A stretch of DNA of 57,372 nucleotides. Origin: Macrostomum lignano. Taxonomy: Eukaryota. The DNA lies in assembly GCA_002269645.1 (NCBI GenBank), contig NIVC01004161.1, forward strand, positions 1-57,372, given 5' to 3'. Under the pieces are notes generated by a model. The model did no database searches. It saw only the letters and a list, made by a program, of their open reading frames with translations, and was not told the origin of the DNA. Shown here in pieces: positions 36,936-47,681 of the stretch. Each line of letters begins with the position of its first letter. Within the stretch, counting starts at the first letter, position 1. The position numbers and the translations under genes were made by a program.

Positions 36936-37901
36936 CGTTATTGAAAATATGCTTTACTCGTTCATTTAATTTGAAACGTGCATGTTGTTGTGTTTGTTGA
37001 AACTAGACAATTTTTTAACGAAATTATTATAATTAACGCTAAATATGCTGTTTGAATTTTAAATTGGCGCCGAAAATAGCTAAGCCTTACAATTTGTGTT
37101 TTACTGTAGTAATTGATAAATTAAAAAAAGTTGCAATTTTCGGCACGATTTCAAATATCGATACTTTCAGTCCCGTTTATCGTTAATCTGTTTACAAGCA
37201 TATAGAGATTGTTGAGAATTTGAAAACCTGATAGGAGAAAAACAAGAATCTCGTAATTTTTTGTTAAAAATATTATTTTATGATACATTGGTGAATTTTA
37301 TTGATAAACTACTAAATAAATAAAGCAGGACTGTGATAACAGTGTAAAACAACAAATCTATTGTTTCTACTGCTGACAGCTTTTACATTGAATACAAAAT
37401 TAAACCAAAAACGCGCAATAAAAATGAACGATTTCTGTGATTTTCCTTTCTTTTAACTATAGCTCGTACTTATCATAAGTACTCTAATCATAACTCGTAC
37501 TCTAATCATAAAAAGTGCATACTTTACGGCAAACTATATGCACCTGTCATATTAAAATTCAGGATTAATAAAGCTTTATATACTCGTACAATTACTAGCT
37601 ACTACCAATGAAGGTCTAAAAGATCATTCATTTCTGAGTCATTAAAATTTAAAAGAGGATGTTGAGCCCATTTCCCCATTGTAATGGCTACTTCAGATAG
37701 TTTTTATCCGATAGCTAATTGGTCACTCACTTTTACTTTTTTACGCCTACCAAAATCTAATCTAATAATTTATTTTCTGTACTTTTATCGTAGTTCTTAA
37801 GATTGCAAAGCAAAGTCTTAGTGTGGTTGGGTGAATAAAAATCTCTTACAAGACAATTAGTGAGATTAAATACTTGAGTACGAGCCAACCATTCAAGAGT
37901 T

Positions 37902-40286
37902 TCAAGTCAGAGCCAGAACCAATTCCAGAAAGATCTTGTCCGCCGTTTGACGAAACCGCATCAAATCGGGCAACAGTCGTTGGCCAATTATATTGGAAAT
38001 GTCAAGGAAGAATCGCTGATTTAAAAGAATTGACCAAGCCACGGAGAGACTGCAATAGATAGAAAAAACTTTGTTTTGTTAGTCGAATTTGTACTATTAA
38101 AATGCAAAACTTGACGAATCGCAACTTACAGGGGCAAGATTGCAAAAATGCTCAGCATAAGCATTTGATTCGATTGGTGTCTTGATGGCGTGTTGTAAAA
38201 CTGGCAGATCACAAACTTTGTGTGCAGAAATAATTGAAGACACGCGAACGCAGCCACAATGAAGACTACAATTTCTGCTGCACCTACCAGGACAGGTCCA
38301 TCACTGATGAGGATGGGAACTCTGGATAGAGCGGCCAATGCAGCGGCTAACATCGTCACCATGAACAGGCCATTGAAGCACGCTTTTCTTGCGACACTCC
38401 AATGCTTCTGCGCATCGCCGAGACCGCGATTCTCACAATCTAATAGCTCCCGGATTTTCTTAGAACATTTTCGAATTTGCTCGGTATTTCTGCTGTAGTG
38501 AGCTAGCGCGTACAACTCGTCGATGTCTGGGTCAGGCTCGAGCGCTCTGCGCCACTCGTTCAGAAATATCTGCTCTTTCGACAGCAGCTCCGCCTGAAGA
38601 CTCATCAGCAGGGAGTGAAAATTCACTTGCAGCATGTTGCCACTGCCGTAGGGCGTGATTTTTATTAGCTTCCGGGTGAACTCTGGTAGAAAGCTGAAGT
38701 CTGGTTCCACTCCGCAGGGAAAGTTGAATCTACAGGGCTCCACATGTCTCCACATGACCTGTTGCAGTTTTTCTTTGGCGCTCTCTGAGTCATCCAGGCG
38801 GAGACGAGCCATAATTACCAAGCAAGCGCTTACTGAAGATGAGCTCGGGAGCGATCGTAGCTTTTCAATGTGCTGAAGAAATTCCTTCCGAGCATCTACC
38901 TGCAGCTTCGGGATCTCGTTGAACAAATGTTGCACAAGCAGATAAAGAAGGGCGTCACCAGTGAACGCTTCGAAATCATTTAGCTCCACCATCGGTAGCG
39001 CAGTGAACAACTGGAATACCCTGTCCGATTCGCGCGCACTGACGCGATTCTTCACGAAATTCAGCAGCGGTGTGACATCTTTCTGGAGTGTACGCAGCCT
39101 TTCAATAATGCGATTTTTTCCTTTTTAAAATCGATACGACCGGCTTTAGACGTAGATTTTAGACGTAGTGTCGCATCCGGCATGAAAAAGTTCGGCATGC
39201 AATCGCCAGGAGTCTTGGTGGCAGTAAGGTAGTTTACTAGCATGCCAAGGGACTCCTTCAGCAATGAGATTAGCTTTTCTTTAGTCCAAGCGCTCTGTTG
39301 ACTGTTGCTATGCCCACTTATCATGAAGAAGAGCAAAGCTTTTGCGTGGCAAGCCCTAAGGCTGCGGATACTCCCTGGTGCCTCTGGAAGTAGACGCTTG
39401 AAGACGAGCAGAAGCAGCACGTACAACTGGCCTTGAATAGTGCTCAGTCTGCGCATGATCTGCTTCTCTTGCAGCTTGAAGCTCACTTTCAGTTGGCCCA
39501 ATTCACCCGATTCAGTATCCAGCTCTAGAACAGTGCAAGCAGAAGTACAGGAGAGGCCTTTTGGAAGCAGTAATCGTACTCTGTCAGCCCTGTTGGGTCT
39601 GCAGCACTTGTAGACTTGGCGTATCTCCTGACTTGGCCGCGAACCATTGTTTGGAAACTTCAGCGTCACAGGATCAACTAAAAATTTATTTAATAGAATA
39701 TTTCAATACTTCTCTTTACCACTCTTTAACTTAGATATCAGTGTTTGTCCCTAAATAAGAATTGTTGGCTTTGCTGCATAAATTTTACCAATAGATCCAG
39801 ATGTTTTAACTCGTCCGTCTAGCACTGGTAGCCTCTGTCCTGCCTTGCCCTTGCACTGACAATCACCATCGAGATGAGCTTGATCCTCGATCTTGAAGCT
39901 CAGCCATTTGATGCTGTCTTTGCCGAGTCCATTTCCCTGAGGGTCAGTCAGGAGGCTCAAACTCCAGCCTTCAGCAAGCGAACCGATTAAGAGCCGTTCA
40001 TCCGGATTGAGCTGTCTTGCTGCATCTTCCAGGCCGTCTGCAGCTCGGCACTGTTTACTGGCGCCTCGATCATTGATGCCAGCTTGGTTCAAATGCTCGT
40101 AAAGCTCAATTGATGCTAGTTCGTCTGGGTCTCGTTTGGAATTGCTGAAGCACATATTTACATTTTTTATCACAGGGATTACAGAACTCAAAACTACGAT
40201 CTACTCAAGAATGAAAGCGCTAAGCAGAACTTACTCTTCGCCACAATCTTCTACAGTGCTGCTTTCTTTTGTTGAGCTGTTTGCAT
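37902..40286 (-). CDS. Mab-21/cGAS-like nucleotidyltransferase-fold protein (cGLR-like) with a C-terminal multi-TM region; contains 1-nt frameshifts
   Basis: Exons about 40291-40235, 40144-39789, 39677-38130 and 38049-37902. GSLAEG motif and Mab-21 helical-lobe signature (VSFKLQEKQIMRRL..QGQLY, HAKALLF, W..E.L..LL, CMPNFF). A frameshift in the A-run at 39114-39119 joins ORF 39061..39669 to ORF 38126..39055. Confidence 0.75.
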
Positions 40287-40760
40287 CACTACTGTAAGTA
40301 AAATCATGCTTTGTATTTAAATCCATTAAAAAGAGTTAATTTTTTACAAATAAACTTACTTTACTTGACGACGCTTTCGACCTCTGGGCCTTAAAAGCAG
40401 GAAGAGAAAGTGTCTGAATAAAGCATTTCAAAGCTTAAAGTGTAAGTCAAAGGTAAATTCAATGCGCTCATTTAGCCAGGCACTGTAGAGTTTTGATGCT
40501 TTGTTATACTTTGCAACAGAAATGCACAGTTTCGCAATAAGCGCACAAGGACCAGTGAAATAACTCGTGCAGAGGTCCTTGTAACAACAATAGACGTAGG
40601 TTTCATATCAATATAGTACAAGGAAATCAAATCAAGTCAATCAAGACAATTATTTCTTACATTTTATCCTCCAATTTTAGCACCAGAATCCTTTAGGATG
40701 GAAATCTGATTGAAAGCGAACCAAAAACGGAAAATCTTGCAACTTTTCCGAGCATATTTA

Positions 40761-40852
40761 AGTAGTATACGTTTTTTTGACACAAAGCCGATTTCCTTAT
40801 GGCGAAATACATAGTAAGTACAGGCCCAAAAAAATGGCAGAGTCCGAAATTT
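40761..40852 (+). repeat. Left terminal inverted repeat
   Basis: Reverse complement of 55981-56072 with one mismatch at 40845. Confidence 0.95.
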
Positions 40853-40932
40853 CATGTGCACGCAGTCTGAAATTCCATGTGCACGCAGTCTGAAATTCCA
40901 TGTGCACGCAGTCTGAAATTCCAAGTGCACGC
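40841..40932. repeat. 4 x 23-bp subterminal tandem repeat (AGTCTGAAATTCCATGTGCACGC)
   Basis: Visible; the right end has only one related copy. Confidence 0.9.
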
Positions 40933-41652
40933 TAAATATCTTTTACGCAACGTGATTATTCAGACGAATTGCATATCCACCTGTCCAAAATACAAGTAAC
41001 CGATTCTAGCAATGGTGACACAAACACACTTCAAAGGATTCCATTCAAGACAAATTTACTCCAAAGCTATTCACACATTTCAAGTGTTATTGAAATATTG
41101 AAAACTTGTGAATATTATCACCCTTTTGAAGAAAGATAGTAAATGATCTATTCTTGAGTGCCTATAGAATTTTTGCACCAACTTGAGCAGATGGTTTACA
41201 GATACTATGTCAACAACTGCGTCAACATGCTTCTTCTTTATACTATATATATATACGAACACACTGACACAGAAAATATTAAATAACTTAAACCAAGTTT
41301 ACATTATACTACTTGTTCAACTATACTTACATCTTAAGTGAAATGAAGCGATCACGTCAGCAGGAATTGGCCGAGCGCTATGTTAAACAAGGTAAGATAA
41401 TCACCTACTCTAGTTCAGTTTTCTTTTTTAGATTGACTGTTCGCTATAGTTTAGTTTCTAGATTGATTGTTGGTTCGGTTTCTGTTTAGACCGATCCTCT
41501 GTTTGTTCAGTCTCTAGATTGATTGTCTGCTAGTTCGGTTTCTGTTTAGACTAATACTCTGCTAGTTCAGAATTTCTAGATTGATTGTCTGCTAGTTCGG
41601 TTTCTGTTTAGACTGATTCTCTGCTAGTTCAGTTTCTATATACATTGTATAC

Positions 41653-42204
41653 ATGCACCTATACCAAATTTCCCTCATCTTATCCATTATTATAGCATTC
41701 AAGAATGGTTTCTTCACGCGGCCACCTCCAGATCAGTGCAAACGCATTTGCCACGACACCACCACATCCAATTCTGCTGCAAGAGCATCATATTCTACAT
41801 CTCTCGCCAGAGTAACCTCGATTCATGTCGAGAGACAGACAACTGAGCTAGATCGCATTTACACAAGAACTGATGTTATTCAGTCAATTAGGCAGCAATC
41901 GAACCCACGACCAACTGACCAACTGCAGTATGCACCACCACCACCATCACCAACCAGCTACAATGACCCAACAAAGCAAACTTGCAGTAAGCCTACAAGT
42001 ACCAAACCAACGACAGCAACTGAAACACCATCATCATCAATTGCTATTTCTACCCAAGTTCAACCGCTGCTAAACTCGCCAATTATTGTACAGAAGGACA
42101 TCAAGTCTGTAAAAGTCTCTCAAATGAGCACAGGCTTCTACCAAGTAGAATTAGCAAAGACCTGTAATACAACTCAAGTATTTGAATATTGGGACCTATC
42201 TTAA
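41653..42204 (+). CDS. Polinton accessory ORF, Thr/Ser/Pro-rich, unknown function
   Basis: 183-codon ATG-initiated ORF in AT-rich surroundings; the hydrophobic N-terminus may instead be sequence upstream of an acceptor at 41695. Confidence 0.45.
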   Translation: MHLYQISLILSIIIAFKNGFFTRPPPDQCKRICHDTTTSNSAARASYSTSLARVTSIHVERQTTELDRIYTRTDVIQSIRQQSNPRPTDQLQYAPPPPSPTSYNDPTKQTCSKPTSTKPTTATETPSSSIAISTQVQPLLNSPIIVQKDIKSVKVSQMSTGFYQVELAKTCNTTQVFEYWDLS

Positions 42205-42459
42205 AAAGACATTTTTTCTATCTCTTCATAAAATTTTGCCAGCAATGTGTCCAAGTAATTGCTCTTTTAGTATATATCAAACAAGTCTGTAATCAATAAT
42301 ATAATCTCTATAAATTCATTATTCTAAAAAATTCTTTCAATTTTATTCACCATTCATTGAAATTATTTAATTCAACATAAAGTCAATATCTTGTACAGTC
42401 ATCATTAAACAAAAATTATTAATCCATGCAAATAATTTTTTTTTCATACGTTTCTTTAG

Positions 42460-43700
42460 CCATGGTCTGGCTTTTGCCTCAACAGTATGATTTAGCTGTG
42501 GTCCAGCTTTTGCCTCAACAGTATGATTTAGCTGTGGTCCAGCTTTTGCCTCAACAGTATGATTTAGCTGTGGTCCAGCTTTTGCCTCAACAGTATGATT
42601 TAGCTGTGGTCTGGCTTTTGCCTCAACAGTATGATTTAGCTGTGGTCCAGCTTTTGCCTCAACAGTATGATTTAGCTGTGGTCCAGCTTTTGCCTCAACA
42701 GTATGATTTAGCTGTGGTCCAGCTTTTGCCTCAACAGTATGATTTAGCTGTGGTCCAGCTTTTGCCTCAACAGTATGATTTAGCTGTGGTCCAGCTTTTG
42801 CCTCAACAGTATGATTTAGCTGTGGTCCAGCTTTTGCCTCAACAGTATGATTTAGCTGTGGTCCAGCTTTTGCCTCAACAGTATGATTTAGCTGTGGTCC
42901 AGCTTTTGCCTCAACAGTATGATTTAGCTGTGGTCCAGCTTTTGCCTCAACAGTATGATTTAGCTGTGGTCCAGCTTTTGCCTCAACAGTATGATTTAGC
43001 TGTGGTCCAGCTTTTGCCTCAACAGTATGATTTAGCTGTGGTCCAGCTTTTGCCTCAACAGTATGATTTAGCTGTGGTCCAGCTTTTGCCTCAACAGTTT
43101 TTAGCCGTGGTCCGGCTTTTTTGCCTCAGCAGTATGATTTAGCTGTGGTCTAGCTTAAAACTGCATCAACAGTGATTTAGCTATAGTCCAGGCTTAACTA
43201 CCTCAACGATGATTTAGCTATAGTCAAGGCTTAACTGTCTCAACAGTAATTTTAGCTGTTGTCCAGACTTAACTGCCTCAACAGTGATTTTAGCTGTGGT
43301 CCAGGCAACTGTCTCAACAGGGATTTAGCTGTAGTCCGATTAGCTTAACTGTCCAGTTATTTAGCTGTGAGCCAAGCAGCAGCACCCGTCTCAACAGTGA
43401 GAATTAGCTATGGTCAGCTTTACCTCAACTGTGATTTGGCTGCTGTGGTCTAGCATAACTGACTCAACAGTAATTTTAGCTGTAGTCGTCCAGCTTAACC
43501 ACCCGTCCAGTTTTATAACCATGGTCCAGCTTAACCACCGTCTCAACGTACAGCGATTTAGTCGTGGTCCAGCTTAACCGTCTCAACGTACAGTGATTTA
43601 GCCATGGGTCTAGTAGCAATTAACCGTATCAATAGTGATTTAGCCGTGGTCCAGCTTAACTGTCTCAACACAGTAATTTAGCTTAGTCCAAACAGCATTT
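42460..43700. repeat. 36-bp tandem array inside the Polinton, homogeneous to about 43100 and then degenerate
   Basis: (CTTTTGCCTCAACAGTATGATTTAGCTGTGGTCCAG)n. Confidence 0.9.
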
Positions 43701-44393
43701 GTGTGTCAACTGCACTGACTGCATGCGGTTATAGCAGCGGCAGTCATTATAGTCCCAACAAGCTGCGCGTCGCAGCATGATAGTGTAACTCTATATAGCT
43801 TCTGCTCAATATAGGACTGCAAAAGCTGAGTTACAACTATACCTTTTTCTGTTTGAAAAGTAACACTCTATATATAGGTTACTCAAGCAATCTCTTGTCA
43901 CCGTGCGAGCTAAAAAATTCCAACATGCAAGCAAAACTTTCAATAAATTAATTTCATAGCACCGCGTGCAGCTTATTTTTACTCTAAAATCCAAGATTGC
44001 TAATTTTTCAAGTCGCAAAATATTTTAATTACATTCTACTTGAGAACAAAACCAATCTAATGAAGCAGCAACCAGCAGTCTTCTTATTAAACGCTTGCCA
44101 TCGTGTTACTCTTGCAAATTTATAACTAGTGTGCCTAAGATTCATTAATTTTATTTTATAAAATATCAACCTACATTTGCGTAAAATTAGACCTAATCAT
44201 GCAACCCACCCTAGAAACTTATGCCACCTTTGGCACGCAACAATGTCTTAATCAGCACGCAACAATTAAATTTGTTTACTAGTTCACAAACAGCATGCAA
44301 TGCTTGCTATAAATACAAGACCCGAAATGGTCAATTTTTCATGAGCTCAATCATTACAGCAAAAGAAATACTATATTCAATTGCTTGTAAGAC

Positions 44394-45592
44394 ATGGCAG
44401 CTTGCATCAAGACGGAGTCAATTGTACGCTCCGACTCGAGTCCGATTTTTTACGTTGGAGAGCAGTCTACAACCACGACTGGTTCGTCCTGCCAGTTTCG
44501 ATCTATTGCGTGGAAACCATCAATCGAGTGTACAAAATGGTACCCAATTATATTGCAAACCAAGGCTCCAATGGAGCTTTTTCGTGGAATCGCAGAAAGG
44601 CCAGAGCTCGATCATCCGTCTTGCAGACATGACTCTCGCGACGCAGTAAGTGTCCAATTTCATCCAGACAGCTGCGATAAGGAACTCTTCCACTCTCTCC
44701 GGTGAGCACCATATTAAATTTATACAATTAATTTTAGGAAACTATATTCATAATTTATATAATGTTTTGCAGTCAAGTCGAAAAAGGTCTATCGGTCAAG
44801 TTGAACGAGATTCAAGATGCTCGACCCTTGGCACGACTAACAAAACCAGCTCATCAGCATGCTAACGACGTCCTCGAGTTTGTGCCTCAACAATGGCTGG
44901 CTATAAAGCCTGCTTACCCTTGTGCCACAATCAGGATCAGCAACGATCATCCACACGGGAAGGAGGTGTCCATTTCCGATTTCAAAGGTGTCAGCGGTAC
45001 CTACCAAATGACAGTGCAAGCAACGAGCTTGTATTGTCCAAAAGGCTGCCTCGTCTGGCGCATTACATTCGCTGTGCGCTCTCTGACACTCATAGAATCT
45101 TCCGACAACATGTTGCAGCGCCTCGACATGTTCAAGGGAGTGCTTGCACACCTACCCGCGACCAAGTCAGCAATTAGAAGCAGGAGTCCGTCCCCAACAT
45201 CTACCTGTGAGCAAGAAGAAGCAAATGAACAAAGCCTGCAGAATTCAAGCCAGGTGACACCTGCCAAGTCACCTGCAAAGCGTCGGTCTACCACCACCGT
45301 ATCGAAGAAGTCGACTACATCGAATGCAGCGCCAGCCTCTATTGAACCGCCGCCTAAAAAGCAAGTTCGAAAACGCAGCGGTGCAAAACAGCAAAACAAT
45401 TCTGCCGAAGCTGGTGCAGATGGCACAGACTGGGTGGAGGCTCCACCAGCAAAGATCTTGGTGAGTACACCTGCCTCTGGAACCAGGGTAGCGTCCAAGG
45501 AGACAGCATTTTTAAAGCGTGCTGCTGCGGACGCTACTACAGCTAGCGTGTCTTCATCGGACGACTCGTACAGCAGCTCTGATGATGAGTAA
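44394..45592 (+). CDS. Polinton spliced gene, 375 aa, unknown (SSB/OB-fold candidate with a disordered tail and acidic C-end)
   Basis: Exon 44394-44701, intron 44702-44772 (gtgagc...ttttgcag), exon 44773-45592; the phase 2 junction joins ORFs 44394 and 44762. Confidence 0.65.
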
Positions 45593-45802
45593 CAAAATTT
45601 TTGACTAATTTTATCCAAGTTTTAACTAACTTATTCCACTATATTTATCAAATTTTTGGCTAGGGAAATATTATTTTTTAGGGAAAAGCTCAAAACATTT
45701 TTTGCTACTCCTTGTACGCTAACCAGGTTTTGTAATTTAATATTAGAATTTACGATAGTATAGTCATGTTTAACTTTTCTTATTATTTATTTTCCGTTTT
45801 AG

Positions 45803-46360
45803 CGACTTGTCCTATTAATAGTTACTGCGAGTCTGAAGCTGCACCCGTTTGAAAAATTTGATTTAAAGCAGACCAAACAGAAGCTACAGACCAGAAACCG
45901 GTTTTGCAAACTATTCCTAAGCCGACCAACAATGCTAAAGACAATTTATTCAAATGCTAAAATCCAACTTTATCCAGCAGGAAAACTAACTATATATGGC
46001 TGTAAATCAAATTCTCAGATAGTCTCAGTTTTACGATTTATCAACGACACTATTAATTGTGTAGATTTTGATTCAGTAAAAATTCAGAGCAGTACCTATG
46101 TCGGCTTTATTGGTCATCTTTGGCCAAAATTCGGTTTCTCTAGTCTAAAAAGATATGCAGGCTACTATTCGAATTATCTGGTTGGATACGATGCAGAAAA
46201 TTTCCCACAAGCAGTTTCTGTTAGATCAGCATCAAAACCAAGGCTTTTTTGTAACATATTTTTTTCGAAAAAGTTTGTTATTATGGGCGTTCAAAACACT
46301 CATGAATTGAATAATATTCTTAACCATGTCAAGGATTTTTTAATCTCTGTTAATAACTAA
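45803..46360 (+). CDS. TATA-box-binding protein (TBP)-like protein encoded by the Polinton
   Basis: Two-repeat TBP-core pattern: LIVTASLK..FDLK, QLYPAGKLTIYGCKS (cf. LIFxSGKMVCTGAKS), VKIQS (cf. FKIQN), YDAENFPQAV (cf. YEPELFPGL), NIFFSKKFVIMGVQ (cf. LIFVSGKVVLTGAK). The frame is open 43 codons upstream of the ORF-track ATG, back to a ttttag acceptor at 45802. Confidence 0.75.
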   Translation, partial: RLVLLIVTASLKLHPFEKFDLKQTKQKLQTRNRFCKLFLSRPTMLKTIYSNAKIQLYPAGKLTIYGCKSNSQIVSVLRFINDTINCVDFDSVKIQSSTYVGFIGHLWPKFGFSSLKRYAGYYSNYLVGYDAENFPQAVSVRSASKPRLFCNIFFSKKFVIMGVQNTHELNNILNHVKDFLISVNN

Positions 46361-46583
46361 ACTTAACAAGTAAACAATTGCTGTCAAATCGCAGTTGCGA
46401 TGCATTCTTTTACAAACATTTTGTCTTTTTTTATTTATTTACCAATTGTTTTCTCTAATAGTAAACGTGTCAGCTATACCTATAACTAACCAAATCATCA
46501 TTTTTCTTACAGCCGCAAATGACAAACCGGATCATCTATTAATATTATGCTCGATACGCTCGTTGTCGAGCTAGGTGCACACA

Positions 46584-47318
46584 ATGCCGCGTGCACAATG
46601 CCAAATCTGCAGAAAAAAGTTCAGTAATCAAGCCGAGCTGCATGCTCACTCGCATGGTGCTTGTTTTTCACCGCAACGATTACTGACCGGATCGCTGCAA
46701 AACCTGATCGAAAACCCACCAGATGGGTGGTCCATCGCTTTGCGCGAGTCAGCTCATCGTGGTCGGGTAAATTTTGTCGAATTTACTCCCACTCTTGAAC
46801 AACAAGGCAACAGCTCTGGCGAGTTACTTCCTGGCGAGTTGATTGCGTCTTTAAGAGAACCAATATTTAAAATATTGGAAAAAATTGGCTCACCCAGTTT
46901 ATTAATAAGAGTCTGCTTTCACTTGAAAGTGACACTATTTCGACCGAAAACAGCAGCAGACGACAACGATGGCTCGAGCAGCGAAGAGATCATTTCGGTC
47001 TATTTTAATACCAACATTGCGACAATATCATTTGATGAGACGATTGCAAACAGTGACATGCTGTTATCTCCCGAGGCCTACAATGACTGGTTCGCACGCG
47101 TTATTAATCAGTTGTTAATAAAAATTGACAATTTTCAATCTCGAGGTAGTAATTGGCAATATAGAGCAATCGAGCAGCTAGACTTGATGCTCTGCGTTTA
47201 TCGCAAAAGCCATGCAAGCACACTGTCAACAAATACGTCCCACGGTGGTGTGGGGGCGGGCGGCGGCAGTGGTGGTGGTGGCGGCGGTGGTGGTGGTGGT
47301 GGTGGCGGCGGTGGTGGT

Positions 47319-47350
<32 letters not shown>

Positions 47351-47681
47351 GCGCGGGGAGTCCGGTCCAGTCCGGTCCGGTCCAGTCCGGTCCGGTCTGG
47401 TTAAGCAGCAATCGTTTAAAGTTCCAGTCTCAATCGGTCGCAAAGCTGGAGCAGTACTGCTTCTAAAGCCGCACAGAGCAGTTTAAAGCATCAAGACTAT
47501 TTAAGAGTCTTACACAAGCGACAACTTGTGTTTTCGCGCATGCAGTCCATTCGTTCTCGAAAACAGAAAGTTTTTTTTGATGCAACAAAGAAAACTTGCA
47601 CTAAGCTTCTTCGATACGAAGCGATCCTGGACAAGTTCAATTAATTCGCTACCCTTTGGACACTGGCACTTGGCTAATTAA
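46584..47681 (+). pseudogene. polB: Protein-primed DNA polymerase B remnant: N-terminal zinc finger and GS(G/N)W domain fused to the extreme C-terminus; catalytic core deleted
   Basis: CQICRKKF..L..H zinc finger and IDNFQSRGSNWQY..I..L typical of Polinton PolB N-regions. After about 47460, in other frames, SKAAQSSLKHQDYLRVL..MQSIRSRKQKVF/LMQQRKLALSFFDTKR...SLPFGHW* matches the Polinton PolB C-terminus. Confidence 0.75.

Noticed and set aside
37902-40286. cGLR as Polinton cargo
   Set aside because: It lies outside the left TIR (40761) and has host-type multi-intron structure
40664-40930. Minus-strand ORF across the left TIR, and the TIR-derived C-terminus of ORF 55949..56716
   Set aside because: Read-through of TIR and subterminal repeats; not coding
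42426-43142. 238-aa (LLPQQYDLAVVQ)n ORF
   Set aside because: Translation of a 36-bp array whose degenerate continuation does not preserve frame; coding role unsupported though not excluded
42460-43700. CRISPR-like appearance of 30-36-bp repeats
   Set aside because: No unique spacers, head-to-tail tandem units, no cas genes, eukaryotic context
47198-47466. Poly-Pro, poly-Val/Ala and poly-Thr ORFs in other frames
   Set aside because: Alternate-frame readings of the GGY microsatellite
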